From NCBI GenBank assembly GCA_963708025.1, contig CAVPSB010000007.1, forward strand, positions 42,653 through 106,652: DNA of 64,000 nt. The letters run 5' to 3'. Both the position numbers and the translations under genes were made by a program. The notes below the pieces were generated by a model. That model was given only the letters and a program-made list of their open reading frames with translations, searched no databases and was not told the DNA's origin. The DNA is from an uncultured Candidatus Rokubacteria bacterium (GTDB lineage: Bacteria > Methylomirabilota > Methylomirabilia > Rokubacteriales > DASRDR01). Shown in pieces: positions 49,767-58,835 of the stretch (position 1 is the first letter of the stretch; each line of letters begins with the position of its first letter).

Positions 49767-50678
49767 ATGCTGCTCGACGGGAAGGTGGCGGTCGTGACGG
49801 GGGCCGGTCGTGGGATCGGCCGGGAGATCGCCCTCATGATGGCCGGCGCCGGGGCCCGGGTGGTCGTCAACGACTTCGGCGGCCGGGAGGACGGGACCGG
49901 TGGCGCCACCTTGCCGGCAGACGAGGTCGTGAAGGCGATCGAGGGGGCCGGAGGCCGGGCGGTCCCGAGCTACGAGTCGGTGGCGTCCATGGCGGGCGGC
50001 CAGCGCATCGTCGAGACGGCGCTGGACAGCTTCGGCCGCCTCGACATCGTCGTGAACAACGCCGGCGTGCTCCGGGACCGGATGATCTTCAACATGACCG
50101 AGGAGGAGTGGGACACCGTCATCGCGGTCCACCTCAAGGGGAGCTTCGCCGTCACCCGGGCGGCGGCACCCCGGTTCAAGGAGCAGCGTTGGGGTCGCTT
50201 CGTCAACATGACGTCCACCTCCGGGCTGGTCGGCAACATCGGGCAGGCGAACTATGCCGCGGCCAAGCTCGGCATCCTGGGCCTGACGCGGGTCACCGCC
50301 CTCGACATGGCCCGCTACAACGTGACCGCCAACTGCATCTCGCCGTTCGCCTGGACGCGGCTGATCGGCACGATCCCGACCGACACGCCGCAGCAGAAGG
50401 CACGGGTGGCCAAGCTCGAGAAGATGTCGCCCCGGGACATCGCGCCCCTGGCCGTCTACCTGGCCTCCGACGACGCGGCCGGCGTGTCCGGGCAGATCTT
50501 CGGCGTCCGCGGCAAGGAGATCTTCGTCTTCTCCCAGCCCCGACCGGTGCGCTCCATCCACCACGCCGAGGGCTGGACCCCCGAGCGACTCGCCGAGGTG
50601 CTCCCGGGCAGCCTGGGGCACCACCTGACGCCGCTCGAGACCTCCGGCCAGTACTTCGCCTATGATCCGCTCGTCTGA
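49767..50678 (+). CDS. SDR oxidoreductase (3-hydroxyacyl-CoA dehydrogenase-like)
   Basis: VTGAGRGIG, VVVNDFGG, NNAGVLRDRM, GQANYAAAK. Confidence 0.92.
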   Translation: MLLDGKVAVVTGAGRGIGREIALMMAGAGARVVVNDFGGREDGTGGATLPADEVVKAIEGAGGRAVPSYESVASMAGGQRIVETALDSFGRLDIVVNNAGVLRDRMIFNMTEEEWDTVIAVHLKGSFAVTRAAAPRFKEQRWGRFVNMTSTSGLVGNIGQANYAAAKLGILGLTRVTALDMARYNVTANCISPFAWTRLIGTIPTDTPQQKARVAKLEKMSPRDIAPLAVYLASDDAAGVSGQIFGVRGKEIFVFSQPRPVRSIHHAEGWTPERLAEVLPGSLGHHLTPLETSGQYFAYDPLV

Positions 50679-50811
50679 GAGCGTGTGAAGGGATGGGGTT
50701 CTCCGGCTCCCCCCTCCCCCCCGGCCAGAGGCCGAAGGCCGTCCATGAGTGGGGGAGGGGGGCCAAAGGCCGAAGGCCGTCGATGGATCGGGTGGGCGGG
50801 AGGTCCCGAAC
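50676..50811 (+). repeat. Family A element, copy 8 (long form with GGCCGAAGGCC modules)
   Basis: Starts at the SDR stop TGA and ends GGGAGGTCCCGAAC. Confidence 0.88.
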
Positions 50812-52253
50812 GCAGATCAACCGAAGGGGGGCCCGCCACGCCCTCACGGGCGGCTGACCTGCGGCCCGCCCGGGCCGAGCCGCGCGCGCCCCGCCTCCCC
50901 GGTCCTCGCCGCCTCGCGCTGAGCCTCCTGGCCCTGGCCGCCGCGGCCACGGCCGGAGCGGACGCCGTTGGCCTCCTGGTCACCGTGGGCGAGGTCGGCG
51001 ACCGCGCGGCCGTCGTCTGGGTCCGGGCACCCGCGCCGGGGCCGGTGATCCTGCACGTCGGCCCGAGCGGGCGGCCGGGAGGGCGCCGGCAGATCCGAGA
51101 CCAGGCGACGCCGGCGACCGACCTCACGGTCAAGCTGCGCGCCGAGGGACTCGCTCCCGCCACACGCCACGCTTACCGGGTGGAGGCCGCCGGGGAGGTG
51201 GTGGACGGGGAGTTCGTGACCGCCCCCGAGGCCAGCGCCACCCGCCCGCTCACGCTCGTGTGGAGCGGCGACCTCGGTGGCGCCGGGCGCTGCCGCTCAC
51301 CTGGATCGGGCTACCCGATCTTCCGGGCGATGGCCGAGCGTCGGCCCGACGTCTTTCTTTTCGTCGGTGACACCATCTACGCCGACCATCGCTGTGGCGG
51401 GCCGGAAAACGTGCCGGGCGCCGACTTCCGCGCGGCCGATCTCCCCGGGTTCCGCGCCAAGCACCGCTACAACCGCGCCGATCCCGCCGTGCAGCGGTTC
51501 TTCCGGACGACGGCGGTGTGGGCGATCTGGGACGACCACGAGGTGCGGAACGACTTCGCGGGGCCCATCGAGCCGCTCATGCCCACCGGTCGACGGGCGT
51601 TCCTCGACTACTGGCCGATCCAGCCGCCGGCCGACGATCCGTTCCGGCTCTACCGGCGGCTCCGCTGGGGACGGCTCGTCGAGGGCTTCATCCTGGACAC
51701 CCGGCAATACCGGAGCCCCAACGGCGTGTCCGACGGGCCGGGGAAGACGATGCTGGGCGAGGCGCAGCGGCAGTGGCTCCTGGCCGGGCTTCGTCGCTCG
51801 GACGCCGTCTGGAAGCTGGTGATCTCCAGCGTATCCCTCTCGATCCCGACGGGGCGGGTCGCGCGGGACAGCTGGGCGAACGGCAGCACCCACTTCACCC
51901 CCGCCGGCACGCCGACCGGCTTCGAGCACGAGCTCCTGCGAATCGTCGGTGAGCTGGCCGAGGGGCGGATCAGGAACGTGGTCTGGGTAGTGACCGACGT
52001 CCACCGGGCCGAGGTGATCCGTCACACGCCGCAGCCGGGGCTCGTCTTCCACGAGCTGGTCGCGGGACCGCTCTCTGCCGGAGCGGGTCGGCCCGGGGTC
52101 CTGGACGACACGCTGCGGCCCGCCCGGCTCTTCGGCGAGGGTGGCTACTACAACTTCGGGGAGCTCCGCGCGACCGCGGACGGGCTCGAGGTGCGGATCA
52201 TCGACGTCGACGGCCGGGTTCGCTTCGAGACGACGCTCACGCCCGAGCGCTGA
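50745..52253 (+). CDS. phoD: PhoD family alkaline phosphatase (start uncertain)
   Basis: FVGDTIYAD, IWDDHEV, LDTRQYR, TMLGEAQRQWL, DSW, TDVH. Confidence 0.88.
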   Translation: MSGGGGPKAEGRRWIGWAGGPERRSTEGGPATPSRAADLRPARAEPRAPRLPGPRRLALSLLALAAAATAGADAVGLLVTVGEVGDRAAVVWVRAPAPGPVILHVGPSGRPGGRRQIRDQATPATDLTVKLRAEGLAPATRHAYRVEAAGEVVDGEFVTAPEASATRPLTLVWSGDLGGAGRCRSPGSGYPIFRAMAERRPDVFLFVGDTIYADHRCGGPENVPGADFRAADLPGFRAKHRYNRADPAVQRFFRTTAVWAIWDDHEVRNDFAGPIEPLMPTGRRAFLDYWPIQPPADDPFRLYRRLRWGRLVEGFILDTRQYRSPNGVSDGPGKTMLGEAQRQWLLAGLRRSDAVWKLVISSVSLSIPTGRVARDSWANGSTHFTPAGTPTGFEHELLRIVGELAEGRIRNVVWVVTDVHRAEVIRHTPQPGLVFHELVAGPLSAGAGRPGVLDDTLRPARLFGEGGYYNFGELRATADGLEVRIIDVDGRVRFETTLTPER

Positions 52254-52277
52254 CGCCCGAGCGAGTCCTCCCGCGCC

Positions 52278-52416
52278 TCAGTTCGGGACCTCCCGCCCAC
52301 CCGATCCTTCGACGGCCTTCGGCCTTTGGCCCCCCTCCCCCACCCATGGACGGCCTTCGGCCTTTGGTCGGGGGGAGGGGGGAGCCGGAGGACCCCATTC
52401 CTTCACATATCTCTCA
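52278..52416 (-). repeat. Family A element, copy 9 (long form)
   Basis: The minus strand reads TGA(stop of Uma2 gene)-GAGATATGTGAAGGAATGGGG...GGTCCCGAAC-TGA. Confidence 0.9.
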
Positions 52417-52974
52417 GCCGACGATGTCGGCCACCGTGACCGTGATGTCCAGAAAGCTGCTGGGCGTGACTTGCTCGCCGCGCGATCGGCGCTGTAGATC
52501 TCGATACCCGTCCGGGGAGGGCGTCCGGTGGATCTCGATCTCGCCGCCGTCGAGATCGACGAGCCAGTACTCCACGATGCCCGCTCGGCCGTACAGTCGA
52601 GCCTTGACGGTCCGGTCGTAGACGAGGGACGTCTCGGCCACCTCGACGAGCAGCAGCACGTCGTCGGGTCCCGCATCGGCGTTCCGGTAGAAGTCCGGCC
52701 GGGGCTTCAGGAGAAGAAGGTCCGGCTGAGGCTCGGACTGGCGGTTCAACCGGACCGCGCCCTGGATCCTGACGATCGCCCGGTCACCACAGCCCAGCGT
52801 GAAGCGCCGGTTGAGATAGTCGACCGCGGCCATGTGGCGGCGCCCGATGGGTGTCATCTCGACGATCTCCCCCTCGATCAGCTCGACCCGGTCATCTTCG
52901 TGGAGAATGCCGGTCGCAGCCATCCGGTGGTACTCGTCGACGCTGAAGCGACGCCGCTGGACCTCGACGATCAT
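52414..52974 (-). CDS. Uma2 (DUF820) family endonuclease-fold protein
   Basis: RRRFSVDEYHRM..RVELIEGEI..SEPQPD..LLVEVA..K.RLY..GIVEYWLVD; SD GGAGG. Confidence 0.92.
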   Translation of the reverse strand: MIVEVQRRRFSVDEYHRMAATGILHEDDRVELIEGEIVEMTPIGRRHMAAVDYLNRRFTLGCGDRAIVRIQGAVRLNRQSEPQPDLLLLKPRPDFYRNADAGPDDVLLLVEVAETSLVYDRTVKARLYGRAGIVEYWLVDLDGGEIEIHRTPSPDGYRDLQRRSRGEQVTPSSFLDITVTVADIVG

Positions 52975-52994
52975 CGCGAGCCTCCACGCGTATT

Positions 52995-54989
52995 CTAGCG
53001 CGAGATCCCTCGGCGGCGGCGCCGCTCGGCCCCCGAACGGGCCTCCGGCCCGCGGCTCCGCCAGGCCCAGACCGGCCAGGCTGCCAGGCCCAGCACCGTG
53101 AGGGCGACGCCGGCCCACTCGACGGCGCCCTCGGCGTACACCAGCTCGGCCTCGAACACGTCCAGCGGCACGCGGAACTCGAGCAGCCCCCAGGCGTCGG
53201 CCCGTGTCTCGAGGCGCCCGTGGCTGCTCTTCGCCTGCCAGAGCGGGTAGGCCGCGATGCCCGTCTTGACCCACACGCCGCCCGAAGGCGGGACGAGCAC
53301 CCGGTACCGCCGGTGGGTGATCCGCTCCACCTGGGGCCAGGGACGATCGCGCCGCTCGAAGAGGGTGAAGCCGGCCACCGTCCGCGCCGCCGCGTACCGC
53401 TCGTCCAGGAACGGCGTCCGGCCGGCGTCCGCCGCCGGAACGACGACGGTCGCGATCCGCAGCGGGCGAGCGAGCGTCTCGAACGCCTCGGAGGAGAGCC
53501 GGCCGAGCGGCTGGCCGAGGAGGCGCTGGCCGTCGAGCTGCTCGGCCAGGAAGCCGACGCGCGGCGAGAGGGCGGTGGCGCCCGTGTAGAAGCGCGCCGC
53601 GAGCGGGGAGGGATGCGTGTAGGTTCCGTGGACGATCTCGCGGCCGGCAAACCGGGGGGCGAGACTCAGGACGTGGCTGTGCGGAGCGTACCAGGCGGGA
53701 TCCTCGTCGAGGCGCAGGGAGGAGGTGAGGAACAGGACGCGGTCCGTCCCGCGGAGGGCGCCCCAGAGCCGGGGCAGGTCGCGAGCGGTGCTGATCTCGT
53801 CCAGGTGCGGCCAGAGTCGCGCGCGCTCCCACGGCCAGAGGGTCAGCGTCGGCTCGCCGCGGGTGCCATTCGGAGCGAGCACGAGGAGGGCGACGGCGGC
53901 CAGCGCCGCCGCTGGGCGCGCGAGCCCCGATGGCCGCCGGGCCGTGAGCCGCGCGACGAGGCTTCCCACCCCCAGGCTGGCGGCCCAGAGGGTCGCGAAC
54001 ACCAGCCCATCGGTGAGGCGCGCCGGCTCGATCGCGGACCAGCCGCGCCGGAACAGCGCGGCGTCGGCGCTGACGACGACCAGCAGCGCCAGCGGCAGCA
54101 CGGCCACCAGCGCGACGAACGGCCGCCGCCGCGCGAGCACGGCTCCCCAGGCGAGGACCACACACGGAGCCAGCGCGATCAGGACGGGGCGGCGAGCGAG
54201 GTCGGCGGCGAGCCGGCCCAGGTCGGCCTCGCCCCACGCGAGCGGCACCACCCAGCCGGGGCGCGCCACGAACGGAAGCGCCCAGAAGGCGCAGAGCGCC
54301 AGCCCGAGGACGACGACCGCCAGGACGTCGCCGAGCGTCCGGCGGCGAGGTCGGACCGCGAGCGCGAGGAGCGCCGCGCAGGTCAGGAGGGCGGCCATCG
54401 CCGGCGCGCCGGACGGGTGGGCGAGGATCACGGCGGCAGCGAGGACGGGCGCCCAGATCGGTGGGCGCCCGCTGTCCAGCCAGGGCCGCAGCGCGAGCAG
54501 GAGCAAGGGAAGCAGCCCGAGCGAGAGCCGACTCGTCAGGATGCCCCACCGGAGGCTCTCCTCGACGCCGCCGCGGAGGCCGGCCGAGAGCGTAAGCGCC
54601 AGGAACGCCGGGGGCAGGGCGAGCCACGCGTCGTCGAGGAGGCGCGCGAGCAGGAGGAACGTCCCGACGGCGGGAAGCAGAAGGACGAAGCCGCACAGGA
54701 TCTGGTACACCGCCTCGACCGGGAGCTGCCAGAGGCTCAGCAGGCGGATCGCCGCCCCGGCGAGGGCAAAGCCAGGCGGGTAGAATTGAAGCTCGGGGTA
54801 GCCGCCCCACCAGTCGGGGTTCCAGTCCGCCGTCCAGCGGCCGTCGGGGAGGCTGCGGTCGAGCGCGTGCCAGAGCCGGAAGAGCTGGCCCGGGTGGTCG
54901 TCGAAGGCCGGAACGCCGCCGCCGAAAGCTCGGAGCGCAAAGGCAGCGCCGTAGGTGACGAGGAGGAGGCCCGGCAGCAGGCGTCGCAC
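52995..54989 (-). CDS. Polytopic membrane protein, PTPS-related / GT-C glycosyltransferase-like
   Basis: DDHPGQ..WNPDWWGGYPELQFYPP, many TM segments, C-terminal AYPLWQA. Confidence 0.75.
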   Translation of the reverse strand: MRRLLPGLLLVTYGAAFALRAFGGGVPAFDDHPGQLFRLWHALDRSLPDGRWTADWNPDWWGGYPELQFYPPGFALAGAAIRLLSLWQLPVEAVYQILCGFVLLLPAVGTFLLLARLLDDAWLALPPAFLALTLSAGLRGGVEESLRWGILTSRLSLGLLPLLLLALRPWLDSGRPPIWAPVLAAAVILAHPSGAPAMAALLTCAALLALAVRPRRRTLGDVLAVVVLGLALCAFWALPFVARPGWVVPLAWGEADLGRLAADLARRPVLIALAPCVVLAWGAVLARRRPFVALVAVLPLALLVVVSADAALFRRGWSAIEPARLTDGLVFATLWAASLGVGSLVARLTARRPSGLARPAAALAAVALLVLAPNGTRGEPTLTLWPWERARLWPHLDEISTARDLPRLWGALRGTDRVLFLTSSLRLDEDPAWYAPHSHVLSLAPRFAGREIVHGTYTHPSPLAARFYTGATALSPRVGFLAEQLDGQRLLGQPLGRLSSEAFETLARPLRIATVVVPAADAGRTPFLDERYAAARTVAGFTLFERRDRPWPQVERITHRRYRVLVPPSGGVWVKTGIAAYPLWQAKSSHGRLETRADAWGLLEFRVPLDVFEAELVYAEGAVEWAGVALTVLGLAAWPVWAWRSRGPEARSGAERRRRRGISR

Positions 54990-55024
54990 GCGCTCCGATC
55001 TTAGCAGGCGCTCCCGCGTTGCGG

Positions 55025-55119
55025 TCAGTTCGGGACCTCCCTCCTACCCCCCCAACCCCCCTCCCCCACCCACCGGGGGGAGGGGGGAGTCGGAGGCCCC
55101 CTTGATTCACAGGCTCTCA
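55025..55119 (-). repeat. Family A element, copy 10
   Basis: The minus strand reads TGA(radical SAM stop)-GAGCCTGTGAA...GGGAGGTCCCGAAC-TGA. Confidence 0.9.
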
Positions 55120-56013
55120 GATCGCGAGGGGAAGCTGGGCCGGCGCCGGCATCGGGGCGAGCGGCCGCGCCCGCCGATCCGCGATCCCGTGCCGCGCGCG
55201 CAGCTCGGCGATCTGCCGGCGGATGGGCTCGGACTCCGTGGCCGCGAGGTAGGCCCGCCCGCGATACAGCCGCTCGTACCGTTCCAGCTCGGCCGGCCAG
55301 TCGCGGGCCAAGTGGTCGAGAAAGTGCTCCCGCGTGCCGGGACGAAGGTACAGGAGGTTGGCCCAGAGATGGGTGGCGCCCGCGTCGCGAGCCGCGCGCA
55401 CGACCTCCTCGAGCTGCTCCGGCCGGTCCGAGAGCCCGGGAAGGATCGGCGCGACCCCGACGCCGGCCTTGACCCCGGCATCGACCAGGCGACGCACCGC
55501 CCGGAGCCGCTGGCGGGGCGGCGGGGTGCCCGGCTCGGTCGTGCGCCAGACCCGCTCGTCGAGGGTCGGCACGGAGAGATTCACCGACACCTCCGCTCGC
55601 CGCGACGCCTCCTGGAGGACGTCGATGTCGCGAACGATCAGGGGCCCCCGGGTGATGACGCTGAACGGGTTCCGGGCCGCCGTGAGTACCTGGAGGCACC
55701 GCCGCGTCAGCCGGTAGCGGCCCTCAGCCGGCTGGTAGGGGTCGGTGGCGGCGCCGATCGCGATCAGCTCACCCTGCCACGTGCGCCGGGCCAGCTCGAG
55801 ACGGAGAACCTCGGCGATGTTGACCTTGACCCGGATGGACCGGCCGTAGCGGTCGTCAGCGGGGCGCTCGGCCCTCAGCTCGAAGGCCCGGACGTAACAG
55901 AAGGTGCAGCGATGCTCGCAGCCCATGTAGGGGTTGAGGGACCACTTGAAGTCCATCCCGGTAACCGGGTTGAGCGCCCTCCGGCAGGGCTCCTCACGAT
56001 AGGTGACCGGCAT
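55117..56013 (-). CDS. Radical SAM protein, Rv2578c/spore photoproduct lyase-like family
   Basis: SLNPYMGCEHRCTFCY, ATDPYQPAE, EPGTPPP..RL, APILPG, C-terminal QLPL. Confidence 0.9.
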   Translation of the reverse strand: MPVTYREEPCRRALNPVTGMDFKWSLNPYMGCEHRCTFCYVRAFELRAERPADDRYGRSIRVKVNIAEVLRLELARRTWQGELIAIGAATDPYQPAEGRYRLTRRCLQVLTAARNPFSVITRGPLIVRDIDVLQEASRRAEVSVNLSVPTLDERVWRTTEPGTPPPRQRLRAVRRLVDAGVKAGVGVAPILPGLSDRPEQLEEVVRAARDAGATHLWANLLYLRPGTREHFLDHLARDWPAELERYERLYRGRAYLAATESEPIRRQIAELRARHGIADRRARPLAPMPAPAQLPLAI

Positions 56014-56047
56014 GGGCGGAATATACCATACACCTGATGATGTGGCA

Positions 56048-56155
56048 CTAGTGCCGTTCCAACTACATGAGCCAAAATGGGCAAGCAATTCTTGAAGCAC
56101 GGACTCGCCGCATTCCCCGAACAACACTAGCTGGAGCAAGTTGGAACGGCACTAG
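56048..56155. mobile_element. 108-bp MITE-like element with perfect 17-bp terminal inverted repeats
   Basis: CTAGTGCCGTTCCAACT (56048-56064) and AGTTGGAACGGCACTAG (56139-56155); interior is lower in GC. Confidence 0.7.
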
Positions 56156-56898
56156 CCCGAGACCTGGACACGACGCAACGGCCAGACCACGACGTCGAGC
56201 CGCCGGGCGAAGTGTAGCAGGGGCGGGTCGGGCGGTTGGTCGAGGCCGGCGGCCGCCGCCAGGGTGTTCCGCTCGATGGTCGCCACGCCGGGCTGGAGCG
56301 GCCAGGGCGCGTGGTGGATCTCGGCGCGGCAGAGCCGGCCGTCGGGGACGGGAGCGTAGAGGCAGTAGCGCTCGGTGAGGAAGTGGTCGAGGGAGCCCGG
56401 ACGGGAGCCAACCACGGGTCCGGCGGGACCGTAGCGGGCGACCAGCTCGGCCGGTCGGCCCCGCCGGTCGGTGCGGCGGCTCGAGTAGTGAACGCCCTCG
56501 CCCTCGGCGCGGACCGCCATGCGGGCGCGGTAGTAGGGGAGATGGTAGGTGAGACGGGCCGCCTCCACCGCCAGCCGGCTGGCGGCGTCGAGGCTGAAGA
56601 ACAGCACGCCGGGCTTCCCCCCGGCGGTCACGTAGGTCCGGACGTTCAGCTCGGCGAAGGCCGACAGCCCGGGGAGGGACGGCACGCCGCGTAGCGTCAC
56701 CCCCGACATGTGGAACGGCACGACGCCGAGCCACGCCCGGCCGTCGAAGCAGTCCACGGTGAGGGAGGGCGGGATCCACGGCCGGAGCGCCGCCGGGTCC
56801 AGCGGCCAGTGGGCGAAGAGCAGATCGTGCCACGTCTGCCGCATGATCCAGGGCCCCGGTGGGAGTGGCCACGGTCGGTGATCGGCCGGCGGAAGCAT
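56152..56898 (-). CDS. YqjF/DUF2071 family protein
   Basis: QTWHDLLFAHWP, FAELNVRTYV, FFSLDA, FLTERY, IHHAPWPLQ. Confidence 0.92.
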   Translation of the reverse strand: MLPPADHRPWPLPPGPWIMRQTWHDLLFAHWPLDPAALRPWIPPSLTVDCFDGRAWLGVVPFHMSGVTLRGVPSLPGLSAFAELNVRTYVTAGGKPGVLFFSLDAASRLAVEAARLTYHLPYYRARMAVRAEGEGVHYSSRRTDRRGRPAELVARYGPAGPVVGSRPGSLDHFLTERYCLYAPVPDGRLCRAEIHHAPWPLQPGVATIERNTLAAAAGLDQPPDPPLLHFARRLDVVVWPLRRVQVSG

Positions 56899-57032
56899 CC
56901 TGCGTGCGATGCTACGCTGCGGGACCAAGCCCCGCAACGGCGGAGGGTTCCTTGACGCGCGCGCCGCGGGCGTGTTACACGTTCTAGAACGTCGTTGGGG
57001 CTCAAACCCCCACTGCAAGGAGGAGCAAGTCC

Positions 57033-58280
57033 ATGCAGAAGGTCAAAGGCCTGAAGTGCCGCGAGTGTGCCCGTGGCTACCCCATTGCTCCCCTCCACGT
57101 CTGCGAGTTCTGCTTCGGTCCGCTGGAGGTGGACTACCACTACGAGGCGCTGCGGGGCCTCGTCACGCGGGAGCGGATTGCCGCCGGCCCTCCGAGCATC
57201 TGGCGGTACCAGGATCTGCTTCCCATCGACGGGGAGGCGGCGGTCGGCCACCACGTGGGGTTCACGCCGCTCGTGCGGGCGCGGAACCTGGCCGAGGAGC
57301 TCGGCGTCCGGGAGCTGTACGTCAAGAACGACTCGGTGTGTCACCCGACGTGGTCCTTCAAGGACCGGGTGGTGGCGGTCGCCGTCACCAAGGCCCGGGA
57401 GTTCGGCTTCGAGACCGTCGCCTGCGCCTCGACCGGCAACCTCGCCAACTCGGTGGCGGCCCATGCGGCCGAGGCGCGCCTGCGGTCCTTCATCTTCATC
57501 CCGGTCGACCTCGAGCCGGGGAAGGTCCTGGGCACCCTCGTCTACGCGCCGGTCCTGATCGCCGTCGAGGGAACCTACGACGAGGTGAACCGCCTCTGCT
57601 CGGAGGTCGCCGACAAGTACCGCTGGGCCTTCGCCAACATCAACATCCGGCCCTTCTACGCCGAGGGGTCGAAGACCTACGGCTACGAGATCGCCGAGCA
57701 GCTCGGCTGGCGCGCGCCCGCGCACGTCGTCGTGCCATGCGCGGGCGGTTCCCTGATCACCAAGATCTGGAAGGCGCTGAAGGAATTCCAGATGCTCGGC
57801 CTCATCGACGCGGTGCCCACCCGGATGCACGCCGCTCAGGCCCTGGGCTGCGGGCCCATCGTCACCATGATCAAGCAGAACTCGGAGGTCCTCGTTCCCG
57901 TCCGACCGAACACCATCGCCAAGTCGCTGGCCATCGGCAACCCCGCCGACGGCTACTACGCCTACCGCGCGGTGAAGGACTCGGGCGGCGCCGCCGAGCA
58001 CGCCACCGACGACGAGATCCTGGACGGCATCACGCTGCTGGCCCGCACCGAGGGCATCTTCACCGAGACCGCGGGCGGTGTCACGGTGGCCGCCACCCGG
58101 AAGCTCATCGAGCAGGGCGTGATCCCGCGCGACGAGTCGATCGTCGTCTGCATCACCGGCAACGGGCTCAAGACCGCGGAGGTCGTCGGCCCGCGGCTGG
58201 CCCAGGCGGTGCGGATCCGGCCCAGCCTGTCGGCCTTCGACCGGGCGCTCTCGGACTTGAAGAGCCTCACGAAGGCCTGA
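57033..58280 (+). CDS. thrC: Threonine synthase-like PLP enzyme with N-terminal Zn ribbon
   Basis: CREC..CEFC, PTWSFKDR, ASTGNLA, EGSKT, TIAKSLAIGNPADG, TGNGLK. Confidence 0.9.
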   Translation: MQKVKGLKCRECARGYPIAPLHVCEFCFGPLEVDYHYEALRGLVTRERIAAGPPSIWRYQDLLPIDGEAAVGHHVGFTPLVRARNLAEELGVRELYVKNDSVCHPTWSFKDRVVAVAVTKAREFGFETVACASTGNLANSVAAHAAEARLRSFIFIPVDLEPGKVLGTLVYAPVLIAVEGTYDEVNRLCSEVADKYRWAFANINIRPFYAEGSKTYGYEIAEQLGWRAPAHVVVPCAGGSLITKIWKALKEFQMLGLIDAVPTRMHAAQALGCGPIVTMIKQNSEVLVPVRPNTIAKSLAIGNPADGYYAYRAVKDSGGAAEHATDDEILDGITLLARTEGIFTETAGGVTVAATRKLIEQGVIPRDESIVVCITGNGLKTAEVVGPRLAQAVRIRPSLSAFDRALSDLKSLTKA

Positions 58281-58299
58281 CCATCCAGGAGGTTCGAGC

Positions 58300-58578
58300 A
58301 TGCCAGTCCTGGTGCGAATCCCGACGCCTCTCCGGCGAGTGACCAACGGCGCCGGCGAGGTGCACGCGAAGGCGAAGGACGTCGCCGAGCTGATCGACGA
58401 CCTCGAGCGCCAGTTCCCCGGCCTCCGGGAGCGGCTGGTCGAGGAGTCGGGGGAGCTGCGGCGCTTCATCAACATCTACGTCAACGAGGAGGACATCCGG
58501 TTCCTGGCCGGGAAGGGGACCGGGCTGAAGGACGGGGACGAGGTCTCCATCGTCCCGGCGATCGCGGGGGGCCGGTAG
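58300..58578 (+). CDS. MoaD/ThiS (CysO-like) sulfur carrier
   Basis: VRIPTPLR, RRFINIYVNEEDIRF, VSIVPAIAGGR. Confidence 0.92.
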   Translation: MPVLVRIPTPLRRVTNGAGEVHAKAKDVAELIDDLERQFPGLRERLVEESGELRRFINIYVNEEDIRFLAGKGTGLKDGDEVSIVPAIAGGR

Positions 58579-58592
58579 AAGGACGGCATCGT

Positions 58593-58835
58593 ATGGCCAA
58601 GATGCGGATCCACCTGACGTTCCCCCCCGAGCAGATCCAGGATCCCGTCATCTACCTGCTCGGCCGGGACTTCAACCTCGTGACGAACATCCGGCGGGCC
58701 GACGTGACGGCAACCCACGGCTGGGTGGCGCTCGAGATCGAGGGGCGCCAGGACGACCTCGAGCGCGGGGTGGCCTGGTTGAGGGAGAAGGGCCTGCAGG
58801 TCGATCCCATCGAGAAGGACGTCATCGCTCCGTGA
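58593..58835 (+). CDS. NIL domain protein
   Basis: LTFP..PVIY..FNLVTNIRRADV..GWVALEIEG. Confidence 0.85.
   Translation: MAKMRIHLTFPPEQIQDPVIYLLGRDFNLVTNIRRADVTATHGWVALEIEGRQDDLERGVAWLREKGLQVDPIEKDVIAP

Noticed and set aside
56940-57030. SAM or other riboswitch upstream of the thrC-like gene
   Set aside because: Only a promoter-like TTGACG and a short hairpin are visible; no aptamer consensus.
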